Of a DNA stretch of 64,000 bases, positions 52,979-63,541 are shown piece after piece (the first letter of the stretch is position 1; each line of letters starts with the position of its first letter). Location: the IMG/VR virus record IMGVR_UViG_3300032303_002590; one strand, written 5' to 3'. The notes under the pieces are model-generated. The model was not told the origin of the DNA. It did not search any database and saw only the letters and a list, made by a program, of their open reading frames with translations. This stretch comes from a virus (Duplodnaviria > Caudoviricetes). The translations under genes and the position numbers were made by a program.

Positions 52979-54845
52979 TACTAAAGCGGTACAATATTTA
53001 AATAAGGATTTTGATAGTTTAAAAGCACAGTTAATTAATTTTGCTAAAACTTATTATCCTAATACCTATAATGATTTTACAGATGCCTCACCAGGTATGA
53101 TGCTTATTGAAATGGCTTCATATGTTGGTGATATTCTTTCATTTTATACTGATAATCAAATTCAAGAGAATTTCTTACAATTTGCTAAACAAAGAAAAAA
53201 TTTATTAGCTATAGCTTATAATTTTGGATATCGTCCTAAAGTTACTAGTGCTGCATCTGTTGAAGTTACTGTTTTCCAATCTGTACCTTCAACTTTAAGT
53301 AATAATCAATATGTACCTGATTTTAGCTATTCTTTAGTACTAGAAGAAGGAACCCAATTACAATCTACAATAGGAAATGTAGCATTCTATATTGATAATA
53401 AAATAGATTTCTCAAATTCAGGATCATCTCCCACAAATATTTCGGTTTTAAATTATGATATCCAAGGTAATCCATTATTTTATTTATTACAAAAAACTGC
53501 GAAAGCTACGGCGGGAGCTTTAACTACAACTACCTTTACATTTGGTAATCCTGAGCGTTTTCCTACCGTTACTCTTACTGATACTAACATAATTTCATTA
53601 ATTGGTGCAGTTGATTCTGATAATAATAAATGGTATGAAGTACCTTATTTAGCACAAGATACTATTTTTGAAGAAGTTGAAAATACTGCTACAAATGATC
53701 CTAATTTATCTCAATTTAGTGATACTACCCCTTATTTACTTAAACTAAAAAAAGTACCTAGAAGATTTGTTTCTCGTTTTAAAACAAATAATTCACTAGA
53801 ATTGCAATTTGGTCCTGGAGTATCTTCAGGAGCAGATGAAGAAATTATTCCAAATCCTGATAATATAGGTTTAGGTTTACCTTATGGAGTTAATAAAATG
53901 ATGACTGCTTGGGATCCTTCCAACTTTTTATATACACAAACTTATGGTATCTCCCCTTCAAATACTACTTTAACAGTAACTTATTTAAAAGGAGGAGGAG
54001 CTACTTCAAATATACCTTCTAATACTTTAACTAAAAGAATAGGTGGTAATACTACATTTGCTGGAACTGGTTTAGATCCTACTATGCAAACCACAGTACT
54101 TAATTCTTTAGCTTTTACTAATGATAGTGCAGCAGTAGGAGGAGGAGATGGAGATACAAATGAAGAGATAAGACAAAATTCTTTAGCTATGTATCCTACA
54201 CAGTTAAGAACTATTACAGCTGATGATTATATCATTAGAACTTTATCTTTACCTTCTAAATTTGGATTAATCTCTAAAGCATATCCAACACAAGATATGG
54301 GAATAAGTGTTAATTACCCAACAGATTTATTAGCTACACAAAACCCCAATGCTATTTCATTATATATTTTATCTAAAAATACTTCAAATAATTTAACAGT
54401 TTCTAGTTTAGCTTTAAAACAAAACCTAAAAACATTCCTTTCAGAATATAGAATGTTAACTGATGGTGTAACTATAAAAGATGCTTTTATTATTAATATA
54501 GGAGTAAATTTTGATATAATAGTTAGACCTAATTATAATGGGAAATTAGTATTAAATAATTGTTTAAATGTACTACAATCCTATTTTAATATAGATAAAT
54601 GGCAAATTAACCAACCAATAATTTTATCTGATATTTATAGTAATTTAGACCAAGTTGACGGAGTACAAACAGTACAAAATATTGAAATAATAAATAAAGC
54701 AGGAACCAATTCAGGTTATTCACAATACTCATATGATATTAAAGGAGCTACAATTAATAAAATTATTTATCCTTCTTTAGATCCTAGTATTTTTGAAGTT
54801 AAAAATTTAACATCTGACATTCAAGGTAGAGTAGTTACTTTTTAA
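52971..54845 (+). CDS. baseplate wedge protein gp6-like (baseplate J family)
   Basis: DFDSLK..DF..LIEMASYVGDILSFY, GGGDGDTNEEIR, RTITADDY. Confidence 0.88.
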   Translation: MANTKAVQYLNKDFDSLKAQLINFAKTYYPNTYNDFTDASPGMMLIEMASYVGDILSFYTDNQIQENFLQFAKQRKNLLAIAYNFGYRPKVTSAASVEVTVFQSVPSTLSNNQYVPDFSYSLVLEEGTQLQSTIGNVAFYIDNKIDFSNSGSSPTNISVLNYDIQGNPLFYLLQKTAKATAGALTTTTFTFGNPERFPTVTLTDTNIISLIGAVDSDNNKWYEVPYLAQDTIFEEVENTATNDPNLSQFSDTTPYLLKLKKVPRRFVSRFKTNNSLELQFGPGVSSGADEEIIPNPDNIGLGLPYGVNKMMTAWDPSNFLYTQTYGISPSNTTLTVTYLKGGGATSNIPSNTLTKRIGGNTTFAGTGLDPTMQTTVLNSLAFTNDSAAVGGGDGDTNEEIRQNSLAMYPTQLRTITADDYIIRTLSLPSKFGLISKAYPTQDMGISVNYPTDLLATQNPNAISLYILSKNTSNNLTVSSLALKQNLKTFLSEYRMLTDGVTIKDAFIINIGVNFDIIVRPNYNGKLVLNNCLNVLQSYFNIDKWQINQPIILSDIYSNLDQVDGVQTVQNIEIINKAGTNSGYSQYSYDIKGATINKIIYPSLDPSIFEVKNLTSDIQGRVVTF

Positions 54846-54862
54846 AAAAATTTATCTAATGT

Positions 54863-54871
54863 ATATTTATA
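54863..54871 (+). promoter_or_regulatory. putative late promoter ATATTTATA
   Basis: intergenic motif copy. Confidence 0.62.
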
Positions 54872-54886
54872 TTATATATTAGATTT

Positions 54887-55906
54887 ATGGCTGTATACAA
54901 AATATTCTCCGAGAAAGATACTTTTATTTCTTCATATCGTTCATCTCAAAACTTCGGTAGAGATGAAATATTAGAAATTTTTAGATATGCTTCTGATTCT
55001 TCTACTAACTTAGATACTACAAGAGCATTAGTTCAATTTCCAAATACATCTATTCAAGATGTAATCACTAATACTATTAGTGGAAGTACTTATAGTGCTT
55101 CTCTTAGATTATATTTAGCAAGTGCTACTTTACCTGCTAATTATACTATTTTTGGTCATAGAATAACTAAAGCATGGGATATGGGATTAGGTAAATCTGC
55201 TGATATTCCTACAACTACTGTTGGGTGTACTTGGAATTCTCCTTGGACTACAGCTGGTGGTGATTATAATGCTACAGCATATACTCAAAGTTTCCTTTAT
55301 ATTGATAATAAAGATATTAATATGGATGTTACTTCTCTAGTTAATTACTGGTATAGTAACCCAACTTCTAATTATGGAGTTTTATTAAAGCAAAGTAGCA
55401 GTATAGAAAGTAATACTACTTCTTCATTTGGTACTAAGTTTTTTTCTATGGATACTCATACTATCTACCCTCCTCAAATTGAATTAAAATGGGATGATAG
55501 TTATTATACTTCATCACTAACACCACAAACATCATCCGATTTTGTAGCAGTTATTTCTAATTTAAAAAGTGAATTTTCTGAAGGAACTACTTATACTTTT
55601 ACATTAAGAACAAGAGATAAATTCCCTGCTAGGGCGTTTACTACTACTTCTGTATATTTAGTTCCAAAAAGACTACCTATTACTACTTACTGGGCATTAA
55701 AAGATGCTAAAACTGAAGAAATGGTAATTGATTTTGATACTAATTACACTAAAGTAAGTTGTGATAATTCAGGTAATTATTTTAAAATTTATATGAATGG
55801 TTTAGAACCTGAAAGATATTACCAAATTGTAATAAAAACTATACTTGCGAATGGTGAAACTATGGTTATAGAAGATCCACTAAATTACTTTAAATTAGTT
55901 AGATAA
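54887..55906 (+). CDS. virion protein with DNRLRE/CBM96-like domain
   Basis: DTFI..NFG..RALVQF..ASLRLY..W..GGD..DVTSLV..NYGVLL..P.IEL. Confidence 0.65.
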   Translation: MAVYKIFSEKDTFISSYRSSQNFGRDEILEIFRYASDSSTNLDTTRALVQFPNTSIQDVITNTISGSTYSASLRLYLASATLPANYTIFGHRITKAWDMGLGKSADIPTTTVGCTWNSPWTTAGGDYNATAYTQSFLYIDNKDINMDVTSLVNYWYSNPTSNYGVLLKQSSSIESNTTSSFGTKFFSMDTHTIYPPQIELKWDDSYYTSSLTPQTSSDFVAVISNLKSEFSEGTTYTFTLRTRDKFPARAFTTTSVYLVPKRLPITTYWALKDAKTEEMVIDFDTNYTKVSCDNSGNYFKIYMNGLEPERYYQIVIKTILANGETMVIEDPLNYFKLVR

Positions 55907-56247
55907 TGGCTGAAGTTATTCGATTAAATAGAAACGTTTATGGTAAAATTACCTACCCTAACGTAATTAATACTGAATTTTCCCAATTAACTAAACCTGC
56001 TACTCAAGTAACTGCTTCAGTATTTACCGTAGATCAATTTTTCAATGAATATAATAATTTATTTTACGAAATACCTACTGAAGGAAATTTTAATTCACAT
56101 TTAGAATTAATACAAAGAAGTACAGAGTATGTAGGTGTAAACCAAAACACAGGAGAGATAGATGCCTTATTAGACGAGATAAACCAATTAAGACTAGAAA
56201 ATCTAACATTACAACAAACCGTAGATGATTTAACAAAATCTAAATAA
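55906..56247 (+). CDS. structural operon hypothetical protein
   Basis: TAATG-coupled on both sides. Confidence 0.7.
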   Translation: MAEVIRLNRNVYGKITYPNVINTEFSQLTKPATQVTASVFTVDQFFNEYNNLFYEIPTEGNFNSHLELIQRSTEYVGVNQNTGEIDALLDEINQLRLENLTLQQTVDDLTKSK

Positions 56248-59200
56248 TGGAAATTACCAACATATCAAATATTGATTCAAATCAATTTTTAAATCAAAAT
56301 TATACTTCAAAAGATGAAGCTTTATTAAATTCATTAAATGTAAGTAAAGAATTTGGTTTACCTGAAGATAATGTAGAATTACATGTTATATCAAATAATG
56401 GAGATTTATTAGATATTGTATATGATTTTAAAAATTATACTACATATAAAACTACTGAAGGGACTTCTTTATATAATCAAATAGTTGTTGACCCTAAATC
56501 CGATTTAGAATCATTTGGTTTAAATCAAGGAACATATGATGTAGTTTATAACTTCTATAGAACTATGTTTTCTAGTTCTGAAGCAAATCAATTCTATATT
56601 ACAGAAATATCTTCAAATAGAACTGAAATAAAAGTTTCTACTAATAATACTTCATATACTGCTTTAGGTCAATCTTATTTAACATTTGTTGCTGAAAGAA
56701 ATTCAAGAGCCTTTTATTCTGATTTTATCTTAAATTTTGGTGATAACAAAACTTATATAGGGGTAAATGTTGCTTTTGATAATGTTAATCAAACATTACC
56801 TAGTTTATATATTAAATTATATGAACCCTTACCTGCAAATATTACAACTAAAGATACATTTTGGTTAGTAGAAAATATTTCTGACCCTTATGCTTTTCAA
56901 GTTACTACTAATTTTATAGCAGAAACTACAATAGATAGTTCTCCTTTAAGAGGGCCTAACATTAATATTGAATTAGCAGAAAAGGCTAATTTAACTACTC
57001 CATATTTAAACTTATCTTCTTTATTAAGTTCTAATATTTCTTCTTCTTACCAACAATTACAATCTTGGTTAGAGGAAAAAAGTATTGAAATTTCAGTTGA
57101 TTATAGTAATTTTTCTAATTTTGTTCATTTTTCTTCTGCAAACGAACGTTTACAAAATTTTAAATATAAATTACATCAAATCCAATTATTACAAGCAGAT
57201 ATTAATGCTATTAATAGTTTAAATATATCTTCAAGTGTAACTTACATTTCATCAAGTGTACTTACTTTACAAAACCAATTAAATACTCTTATCCAAAAAT
57301 TAGATGGATATGAATACTATTTGTACTATGAATCAGGAAGTAATGCTTGGCCTAAATCAAATACTACTAAACCCTACACTAACACTAGTACAACTGATGC
57401 AGTTGCTATTACTTGGTTTAACAATCAATTAATAAATGCCACTAATTATGATACTTCTAATAGAGATTATGTTTGGAATAATTTACCAGAATATATCACG
57501 GTAGATCAGCAAAATTCAAATTTAGAATTATTTGTTTCCATGCTTGGTCAACACTATGATTATATTTGGACTTACATTAAGGATATCACTGATTTACAGG
57601 TAGCAGATAATAGAATCGATCATGGTATTTCAAAAGACTTAGTAGCAGATACCTTAAGAAATTTTGGTATTAAACTTTATACTAATTCAAGAGGACAAGA
57701 TGATCTTTATATTTCATTGTTAGGAATAAACCCTAATAATAGTACTTTACCTTCTACAGGTTCATTAGTAATTAATAATTATGTAAGTGCTTCTCAATAT
57801 ACTATTCCAGGTAATGATATTACAAAAGAAACATATAAAAGAATTTATCATAATTTACCTTACTTACTTAAAACTAAAGGTACAAGAAGAGGATTACGTG
57901 CTTTAATCAATTGCTTTGGAATTTCAGATACTATATTAAAAATAAAAGAATATGGTGGTAATAAGAAAGATCAAGATATAATTGAACAAATTACTCCTAA
58001 GTTTAATTATGCTTTAAATTTAAATAATACTGGTATATTATTATCACAAATGTTTGCTTCTTATAAACAATATTTAGATACTGGACATGATGATATAGTA
58101 CCTGATACAATAGAATTTAGATTTAAATTAGATTCTACTAATTACTTTCCTACCCAATCCCTCTTAGAAAGTGATAATAGTTGGAAACATATAAGAGTAC
58201 TAAAAACCACAGGTTCAAATGCTAATATATCTTTTGGTTTAAGTAATGGCTCAGGTCTTACTTATTCAACTCCTATAGAATTACCCTTATATAATGACGA
58301 TTGGTGGACTTTAAATTTAACTAGAGAAACTGGAAGTTTAGGACTTTCACAAACTGGTTCTAATCAAACCTACACTTTAACTATTGGTAATAAAGATTTT
58401 AATGGTATTCAATACTTAGCTTCTTGTTCAATTTATAATACGGGTTCTGGTAGAGCAAATTATAATAATTATGGATGGTCACAATTTGATACATTATATC
58501 TTGGAGGAGCCAGTTACATAGCTCCATTTACGGGTTCATTTCAAGAATTTAGATATTGGATAGGATCTATTCCTATTAATGATTTTAAAGATCATATTTT
58601 AAATCCTCGCTCTATTGTATTTAATGGGGTGACAGGTTCTTATAATAATCTAATTTTTAGATTACCCTTAGGAAGCGAATTAGATAATTACATAGTTGAT
58701 ACTTTATACTCAGTCCATCCATCCCCAACATCTTCATTTTGGGATGGTTCAGTTTCAAGTTCATTAGCTAGTTTATACTATACTGAATCTATTACTTACA
58801 ACGTTAATCATGAAACCTATTTAATTAATACTCCTAATATAGGAAACTTTACAGAAATAGATGAAAAAGTAAGAATTGCTACTCCTAATTTAGTACCTGG
58901 AGATGTTTTAACACCTTATATTTCAATACAAAAACCTGAAGAATATCCTTATTCTACAGATTTAAATGTAGTTGAAGTAGCTATTTCACCTCAAGATTCA
59001 ATTAATGCTGATATAATAGAGCAATTAGGTTCATTTAGTATAGATGAATATATTGGAGATCCAAGATTAGCATCTTCGGGTTCATATCCTGCTTTAACAG
59101 ATTTAAGAAATTTTTACTTTAAAAAGTATTCTAATAAAGAAAATGTTTTTGATTTAATAAAACTTTTATCTTATTTTGATAACTCGTTATTTAAAATGAT

Positions 59201-61793
59201 AAAGGATTTTGTTCCTGCTAAAGCTAACTTATCAACAGGATTAGTTATTAACACTAATATCTTAGAAAGAAATAAGATGGCAAGACATGAGCCTGTAATG
59301 ATCTTTGTAGATTATAGTGGTTCAATAGAAACAGCTTTTATAAGTGGATCAAACGGATTAAACAAAATATATAATACATCCTATACTTCTTCTATACCTA
59401 CTATTTCAGGTAGTGTACAAAGAATTAATACTCAAGGTAAAGAATTATTTACAGGTGAATTGGGTGGAACAGTTTTAGTAGTTCATTCTCAATCTTTAGA
59501 TAACGTTGTATATGAATTAAATCATATATCAACTAATGCTGATCAGGGTTTACATGATGCTTTTTACAAATTACCATTCAATCCCGAATTAAATAATGTA
59601 ATGGGTGCAAGAATATCTTCAACTTATCTAAAAGTAGATTATTCTTCAAATCCAATATTACCAGTTAATTATGATTACTTAACTGCAAGTTTAGCTAACT
59701 TAAATAATACTGCTTACCCATTTTTAAGAGCTGCAATCCAAGATAGTAACTATACTTTATATAGACATTTTACCCCAAGGTACGATGGAAGTAAATTATT
59801 TAATACCCAAAATAATGTTTATAACCCAAATGATATATCATATGGTAATAATCCTGTAATTAATTATAATTCTGTTAAATTTGCTTATTTTAAAGAAATA
59901 ACTTCTCAATCCCTTACTTTACCAGGTAGAGTAAATGCTAATATTAAGTATTTAATTGATAGTGCCTCTAGTGTAATTGAATTAACAGAAGCCAATAAAA
60001 ATTTATTTGATATACAATCTATATTTAATAGAGTAGATGCAAATATATCTTTAGACAATGTTAATCAACCCTCTGATCAAAAAATATTAAACGGTTTAAA
60101 ACCAATCTATGCTGGAGGATTTAAATATTACCCTATATTACAAAATATAAATCCAACATCAGGGAGTATATCATTTAATTTAAGTACTCCTATGAAAATT
60201 AATAACCCATCTGGTTCAGGATCAACAGTTCCCGTATCAGCACCAGGTGCATTAACAGTTCAAAATTATAGTTTAACTAACCCCGTAAGTTTTTCCCCTT
60301 TAAATACTGTAAGAGGAAATGTTACCTCAAGTATAGATTCAACTATTACTGTTAGTGTAAGAAAAACCCAAAATATTAATACTGATCTTTATCAAAGGGT
60401 AACAGGAAATGTTACATTTAGTTTTTATATTTCTACCGCAAACCCAACAGGAGGTTATCCAAGATATTATGACTTCGATCATAACTTAAAATTTACCCCT
60501 TCAGGATTAGGTACTTATGGAATTGAAGATGGTATGCTTAGTGTTCCTGGTGGTTTTAATGATAATATAAAAACTGTTGAAATTCCAGCAGGATTTGTAG
60601 TTAATTCATGGAATTATGGAGGTCCAGGATATACTGATTTTGGACCCTCTACAGCATCATATGCAGGAGGTTCTCTGGTTTATAGACAAGGACCATCAGG
60701 TATAGATGCTACTTGGATAGGGGGAATTGATAGTTCAGCTTCATTAGAATTATCTAATATTACCAATCAATTTAACCCCTCAGGTATTACCCAAACTTTC
60801 AAACAAGGGAATGATATAAATCTTACTAATGGTGCTATTAATTATACATCAACCAACTTTACAAGTAATAATGTAGGTTTAACTGGTATACCATTTAGTA
60901 ATGGTTTAGGATGTGTAATTACTTATAATATTGAGGGAATAGTTATAGTTCCTAATACTGTAAATGCCGGAGAAACTTATACTACCACATTATTAAATTT
61001 AAGTAATCAAGCAGCCACTATAAAGGGTACTATGAAATTTCTTAGTATAATCCGTAATGCTATTAGTATAACATCCACACCCACCATTACTACCCCAATA
61101 TATACTAACACCAATCCATACTATGGAGGATCACCACCAGCATATTATTACAATTATACTATAATAGATAATGGATTTGTCTCAGGTTCAGGAGCAGCCA
61201 ATTATTATTTTGAAAGAGGAGTACAAGGATATGATAGTGATTTAAATACAACCGGATCTAATTATTATTGTTATTTAACTGCATCTTACGATTTATCTAA
61301 TTATTATTATAGTAATATAACAAATTATATAGGTGGTAATAACAGTATCAATTCTTTTATTCAAGTTGAAACTACATCTTCTCAAGCATCTTTTTTAAAT
61401 TATGAAGATATAAAAACTCCCTTTTTACCTAAACCTGGAGATTTAATTAGATTTTATGACCATGATAGAAATATATTCCCAATAGAATTTGAAAGAGAAA
61501 TTTTAGATGTATTACCACCATTAAATACACCCCAAAGTGGTTCCATTTATAATAGACTGGTATTCAAACTCTCAGATTCTATACCAAATCAATCATGTTC
61601 TGATTATATAAAACATATCCAAAACTTTATTTTCCTTTCTAAAGTAGAAGATGAAACTAATGTAGTATTATTTACTGATAAAAACCCTGGACAAACATCA
61701 GCAGGTATTTTACTTCCTGAGTATTTAGATCCAAAAACTAAAGAAGATGCTGGTAATATTGTTAAAAGATTAAAATCACAAAACTTAATTTAA
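56247..61793 (+). CDS. large baseplate/tail protein (gp7/P2-I-like domain plus LamG-like domain)
   Basis: LLKTKGTRRGLRALI; IEFRFK..WW..LYLGG..FTGSFQEFRYW; S/T/N-rich. Confidence 0.7.
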   Translation: MEITNISNIDSNQFLNQNYTSKDEALLNSLNVSKEFGLPEDNVELHVISNNGDLLDIVYDFKNYTTYKTTEGTSLYNQIVVDPKSDLESFGLNQGTYDVVYNFYRTMFSSSEANQFYITEISSNRTEIKVSTNNTSYTALGQSYLTFVAERNSRAFYSDFILNFGDNKTYIGVNVAFDNVNQTLPSLYIKLYEPLPANITTKDTFWLVENISDPYAFQVTTNFIAETTIDSSPLRGPNINIELAEKANLTTPYLNLSSLLSSNISSSYQQLQSWLEEKSIEISVDYSNFSNFVHFSSANERLQNFKYKLHQIQLLQADINAINSLNISSSVTYISSSVLTLQNQLNTLIQKLDGYEYYLYYESGSNAWPKSNTTKPYTNTSTTDAVAITWFNNQLINATNYDTSNRDYVWNNLPEYITVDQQNSNLELFVSMLGQHYDYIWTYIKDITDLQVADNRIDHGISKDLVADTLRNFGIKLYTNSRGQDDLYISLLGINPNNSTLPSTGSLVINNYVSASQYTIPGNDITKETYKRIYHNLPYLLKTKGTRRGLRALINCFGISDTILKIKEYGGNKKDQDIIEQITPKFNYALNLNNTGILLSQMFASYKQYLDTGHDDIVPDTIEFRFKLDSTNYFPTQSLLESDNSWKHIRVLKTTGSNANISFGLSNGSGLTYSTPIELPLYNDDWWTLNLTRETGSLGLSQTGSNQTYTLTIGNKDFNGIQYLASCSIYNTGSGRANYNNYGWSQFDTLYLGGASYIAPFTGSFQEFRYWIGSIPINDFKDHILNPRSIVFNGVTGSYNNLIFRLPLGSELDNYIVDTLYSVHPSPTSSFWDGSVSSSLASLYYTESITYNVNHETYLINTPNIGNFTEIDEKVRIATPNLVPGDVLTPYISIQKPEEYPYSTDLNVVEVAISPQDSINADIIEQLGSFSIDEYIGDPRLASSGSYPALTDLRNFYFKKYSNKENVFDLIKLLSYFDNSLFKMIKDFVPAKANLSTGLVINTNILERNKMARHEPVMIFVDYSGSIETAFISGSNGLNKIYNTSYTSSIPTISGSVQRINTQGKELFTGELGGTVLVVHSQSLDNVVYELNHISTNADQGLHDAFYKLPFNPELNNVMGARISSTYLKVDYSSNPILPVNYDYLTASLANLNNTAYPFLRAAIQDSNYTLYRHFTPRYDGSKLFNTQNNVYNPNDISYGNNPVINYNSVKFAYFKEITSQSLTLPGRVNANIKYLIDSASSVIELTEANKNLFDIQSIFNRVDANISLDNVNQPSDQKILNGLKPIYAGGFKYYPILQNINPTSGSISFNLSTPMKINNPSGSGSTVPVSAPGALTVQNYSLTNPVSFSPLNTVRGNVTSSIDSTITVSVRKTQNINTDLYQRVTGNVTFSFYISTANPTGGYPRYYDFDHNLKFTPSGLGTYGIEDGMLSVPGGFNDNIKTVEIPAGFVVNSWNYGGPGYTDFGPSTASYAGGSLVYRQGPSGIDATWIGGIDSSASLELSNITNQFNPSGITQTFKQGNDINLTNGAINYTSTNFTSNNVGLTGIPFSNGLGCVITYNIEGIVIVPNTVNAGETYTTTLLNLSNQAATIKGTMKFLSIIRNAISITSTPTITTPIYTNTNPYYGGSPPAYYYNYTIIDNGFVSGSGAANYYFERGVQGYDSDLNTTGSNYYCYLTASYDLSNYYYSNITNYIGGNNSINSFIQVETTSSQASFLNYEDIKTPFLPKPGDLIRFYDHDRNIFPIEFEREILDVLPPLNTPQSGSIYNRLVFKLSDSIPNQSCSDYIKHIQNFIFLSKVEDETNVVLFTDKNPGQTSAGILLPEYLDPKTKEDAGNIVKRLKSQNLI

Positions 61794-61809
61794 AAGATAA
61801 AAACTATAC

Positions 61810-61818
61810 ATATTTATA
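61810..61818 (+). promoter_or_regulatory. putative late promoter ATATTTATA
   Basis: intergenic motif copy. Confidence 0.62.
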
Positions 61819-61839
61819 ATTGTAAATTAACAAAAACTT

Positions 61840-62499
61840 ATGGGATTCTTAAATAACACATCTGTAACCGTAGATGCTATTCTAACTAAAAAAGGTAGAG
61901 AATTATTAGCTAAAAATGACGGTTCATTTAGAATTACTCAATTTTCATTATCTGATGATGAAATTGATTATACTTTATATAACCCTTCTCATCCTTCAGG
62001 ATCAGCTTATTATGGTGAAGCTATTGAAGCAATGCCCATAATTGAAGCATTTCCTGATGAGACCCAAATAATGAAGTATAAACTTTTAACCTTACCAAGA
62101 GGTACAGCTAAATTACCTGTATTAAATGTAGGTTATACTACTATTGTTTTAAAACAAGGTGCTACATTAGCTATTACTCCTCAAACATTAAATTACTTAG
62201 GAGCTTCTACAGCATTTGAATCTTCAGGTTATACAGCAACAATTGGTGATTCTAGATTATTATCTACATTCAATGGGGTAGGTATTAATACTACAGAAGC
62301 TACAACATTAAATTCAACTACTACTATTGGAACTAATGTTTCAAGAACAGTAATTGGATCTACTATAAATTTAACAGCAACTACTGTTAATACTTTATTT
62401 GGTGCTCAACCTTCATTATCAACTGTCTTAACTATAATTGGTAGAGATTCAGGAGCCCGATTAACAATCCCTGTAACAATAACTAAAGTAACTCAATAA
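61840..62499 (+). CDS. virion structural protein
   Basis: AILTKKGRELLA..ITQFSLSDDE, resembling tail-collar N-terminus. Confidence 0.65.
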   Translation: MGFLNNTSVTVDAILTKKGRELLAKNDGSFRITQFSLSDDEIDYTLYNPSHPSGSAYYGEAIEAMPIIEAFPDETQIMKYKLLTLPRGTAKLPVLNVGYTTIVLKQGATLAITPQTLNYLGASTAFESSGYTATIGDSRLLSTFNGVGINTTEATTLNSTTTIGTNVSRTVIGSTINLTATTVNTLFGAQPSLSTVLTIIGRDSGARLTIPVTITKVTQ

Positions 62500-62503
62500 T
62501 AAT

Positions 62504-63538
62504 ATGAGCTTTGTATCTTTTAACCCTGAAGACTTTGTAGTAAGTGCTGATTCAATTACTTCAGTATTATGGAGTAGTGGAAATACTACTTTAACTACTT
62601 TCTTTACTTCTTCAACTGCAATTACCAATAATGCTTATTTACCAGTATACTGGAGAAATCCTTCTATTTATACTTCGGATCAATCTCAATTCTCAATTGC
62701 ATATGGACATATAGATGGAACAGGATCAGCTCCTATTAACCCTTCAGTTGCAGGTAAATCACCATCAAGAATTACTTATGGTCAATTTAGAACATTAGTT
62801 AATGGTGATGAGAATATTCCTTTTAATTTTGGAGCAGGTAATACAACATCCCCTGATGTTTTTGTGATAAATGTTAATAGAGCTAATTATAAAGAAAAAT
62901 TATTCCCAGGAACATTTAATTTATCACTATCAGGTTCAGCTCAAATTAATTTAACAGATAATAGTAACCAAGTAACTACTTTAACCTATTGTGATGCAGG
63001 TAGAGTATTTGATATAGTAAGTGGTTCAAATGGAACAGCTACAACATCTATCCCATTTTCTAGTTCAGCAGCAGGATATACAGTTTCAGGTTCATATGGT
63101 AAATACTTACCAGATGTAGGTTTAATTTTATTAAACCCAAGAGCATTAGCTTTATCTGCTAGTTTTGGTGGTGTAGGATTAAGTATACCAACTTCTAATA
63201 CTTCAAATAATTTAGGAAATATAAATAGTGCCTTATTTACAGCTATGAATTTAGCAGGAGGAGCTGGATTTTCATTAAATAGCGAAGAAACAATAACATC
63301 AGATTACATTTTTACTAGAATAAAAAATGGTGATTTTAATTATACTACTAACCCTTCTATGATAAGTGGTAGTGGAGATTTTTATTATCCAACTCTAGTA
63401 AACAATCCAAGAACCTATATTACTACAGTAGGTATGTATAATAGTAGTAATGAGTTATTAGCTGTAGCTAAATTATCAACTCCATTAGCCAAAGATTTCA
63501 CAAAAGAAGCTCTTATTAGAGTAAAATTAGACTTTTAA
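62504..63538 (+). CDS. virion structural protein (tail-collar-like C-terminus)
   Basis: YITTVGMYN..ELLAVAKL..P..K. Confidence 0.65.
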   Translation: MSFVSFNPEDFVVSADSITSVLWSSGNTTLTTFFTSSTAITNNAYLPVYWRNPSIYTSDQSQFSIAYGHIDGTGSAPINPSVAGKSPSRITYGQFRTLVNGDENIPFNFGAGNTTSPDVFVINVNRANYKEKLFPGTFNLSLSGSAQINLTDNSNQVTTLTYCDAGRVFDIVSGSNGTATTSIPFSSSAAGYTVSGSYGKYLPDVGLILLNPRALALSASFGGVGLSIPTSNTSNNLGNINSALFTAMNLAGGAGFSLNSEETITSDYIFTRIKNGDFNYTTNPSMISGSGDFYYPTLVNNPRTYITTVGMYNSSNELLAVAKLSTPLAKDFTKEALIRVKLDF

Positions 63539-63541
63539 TGA

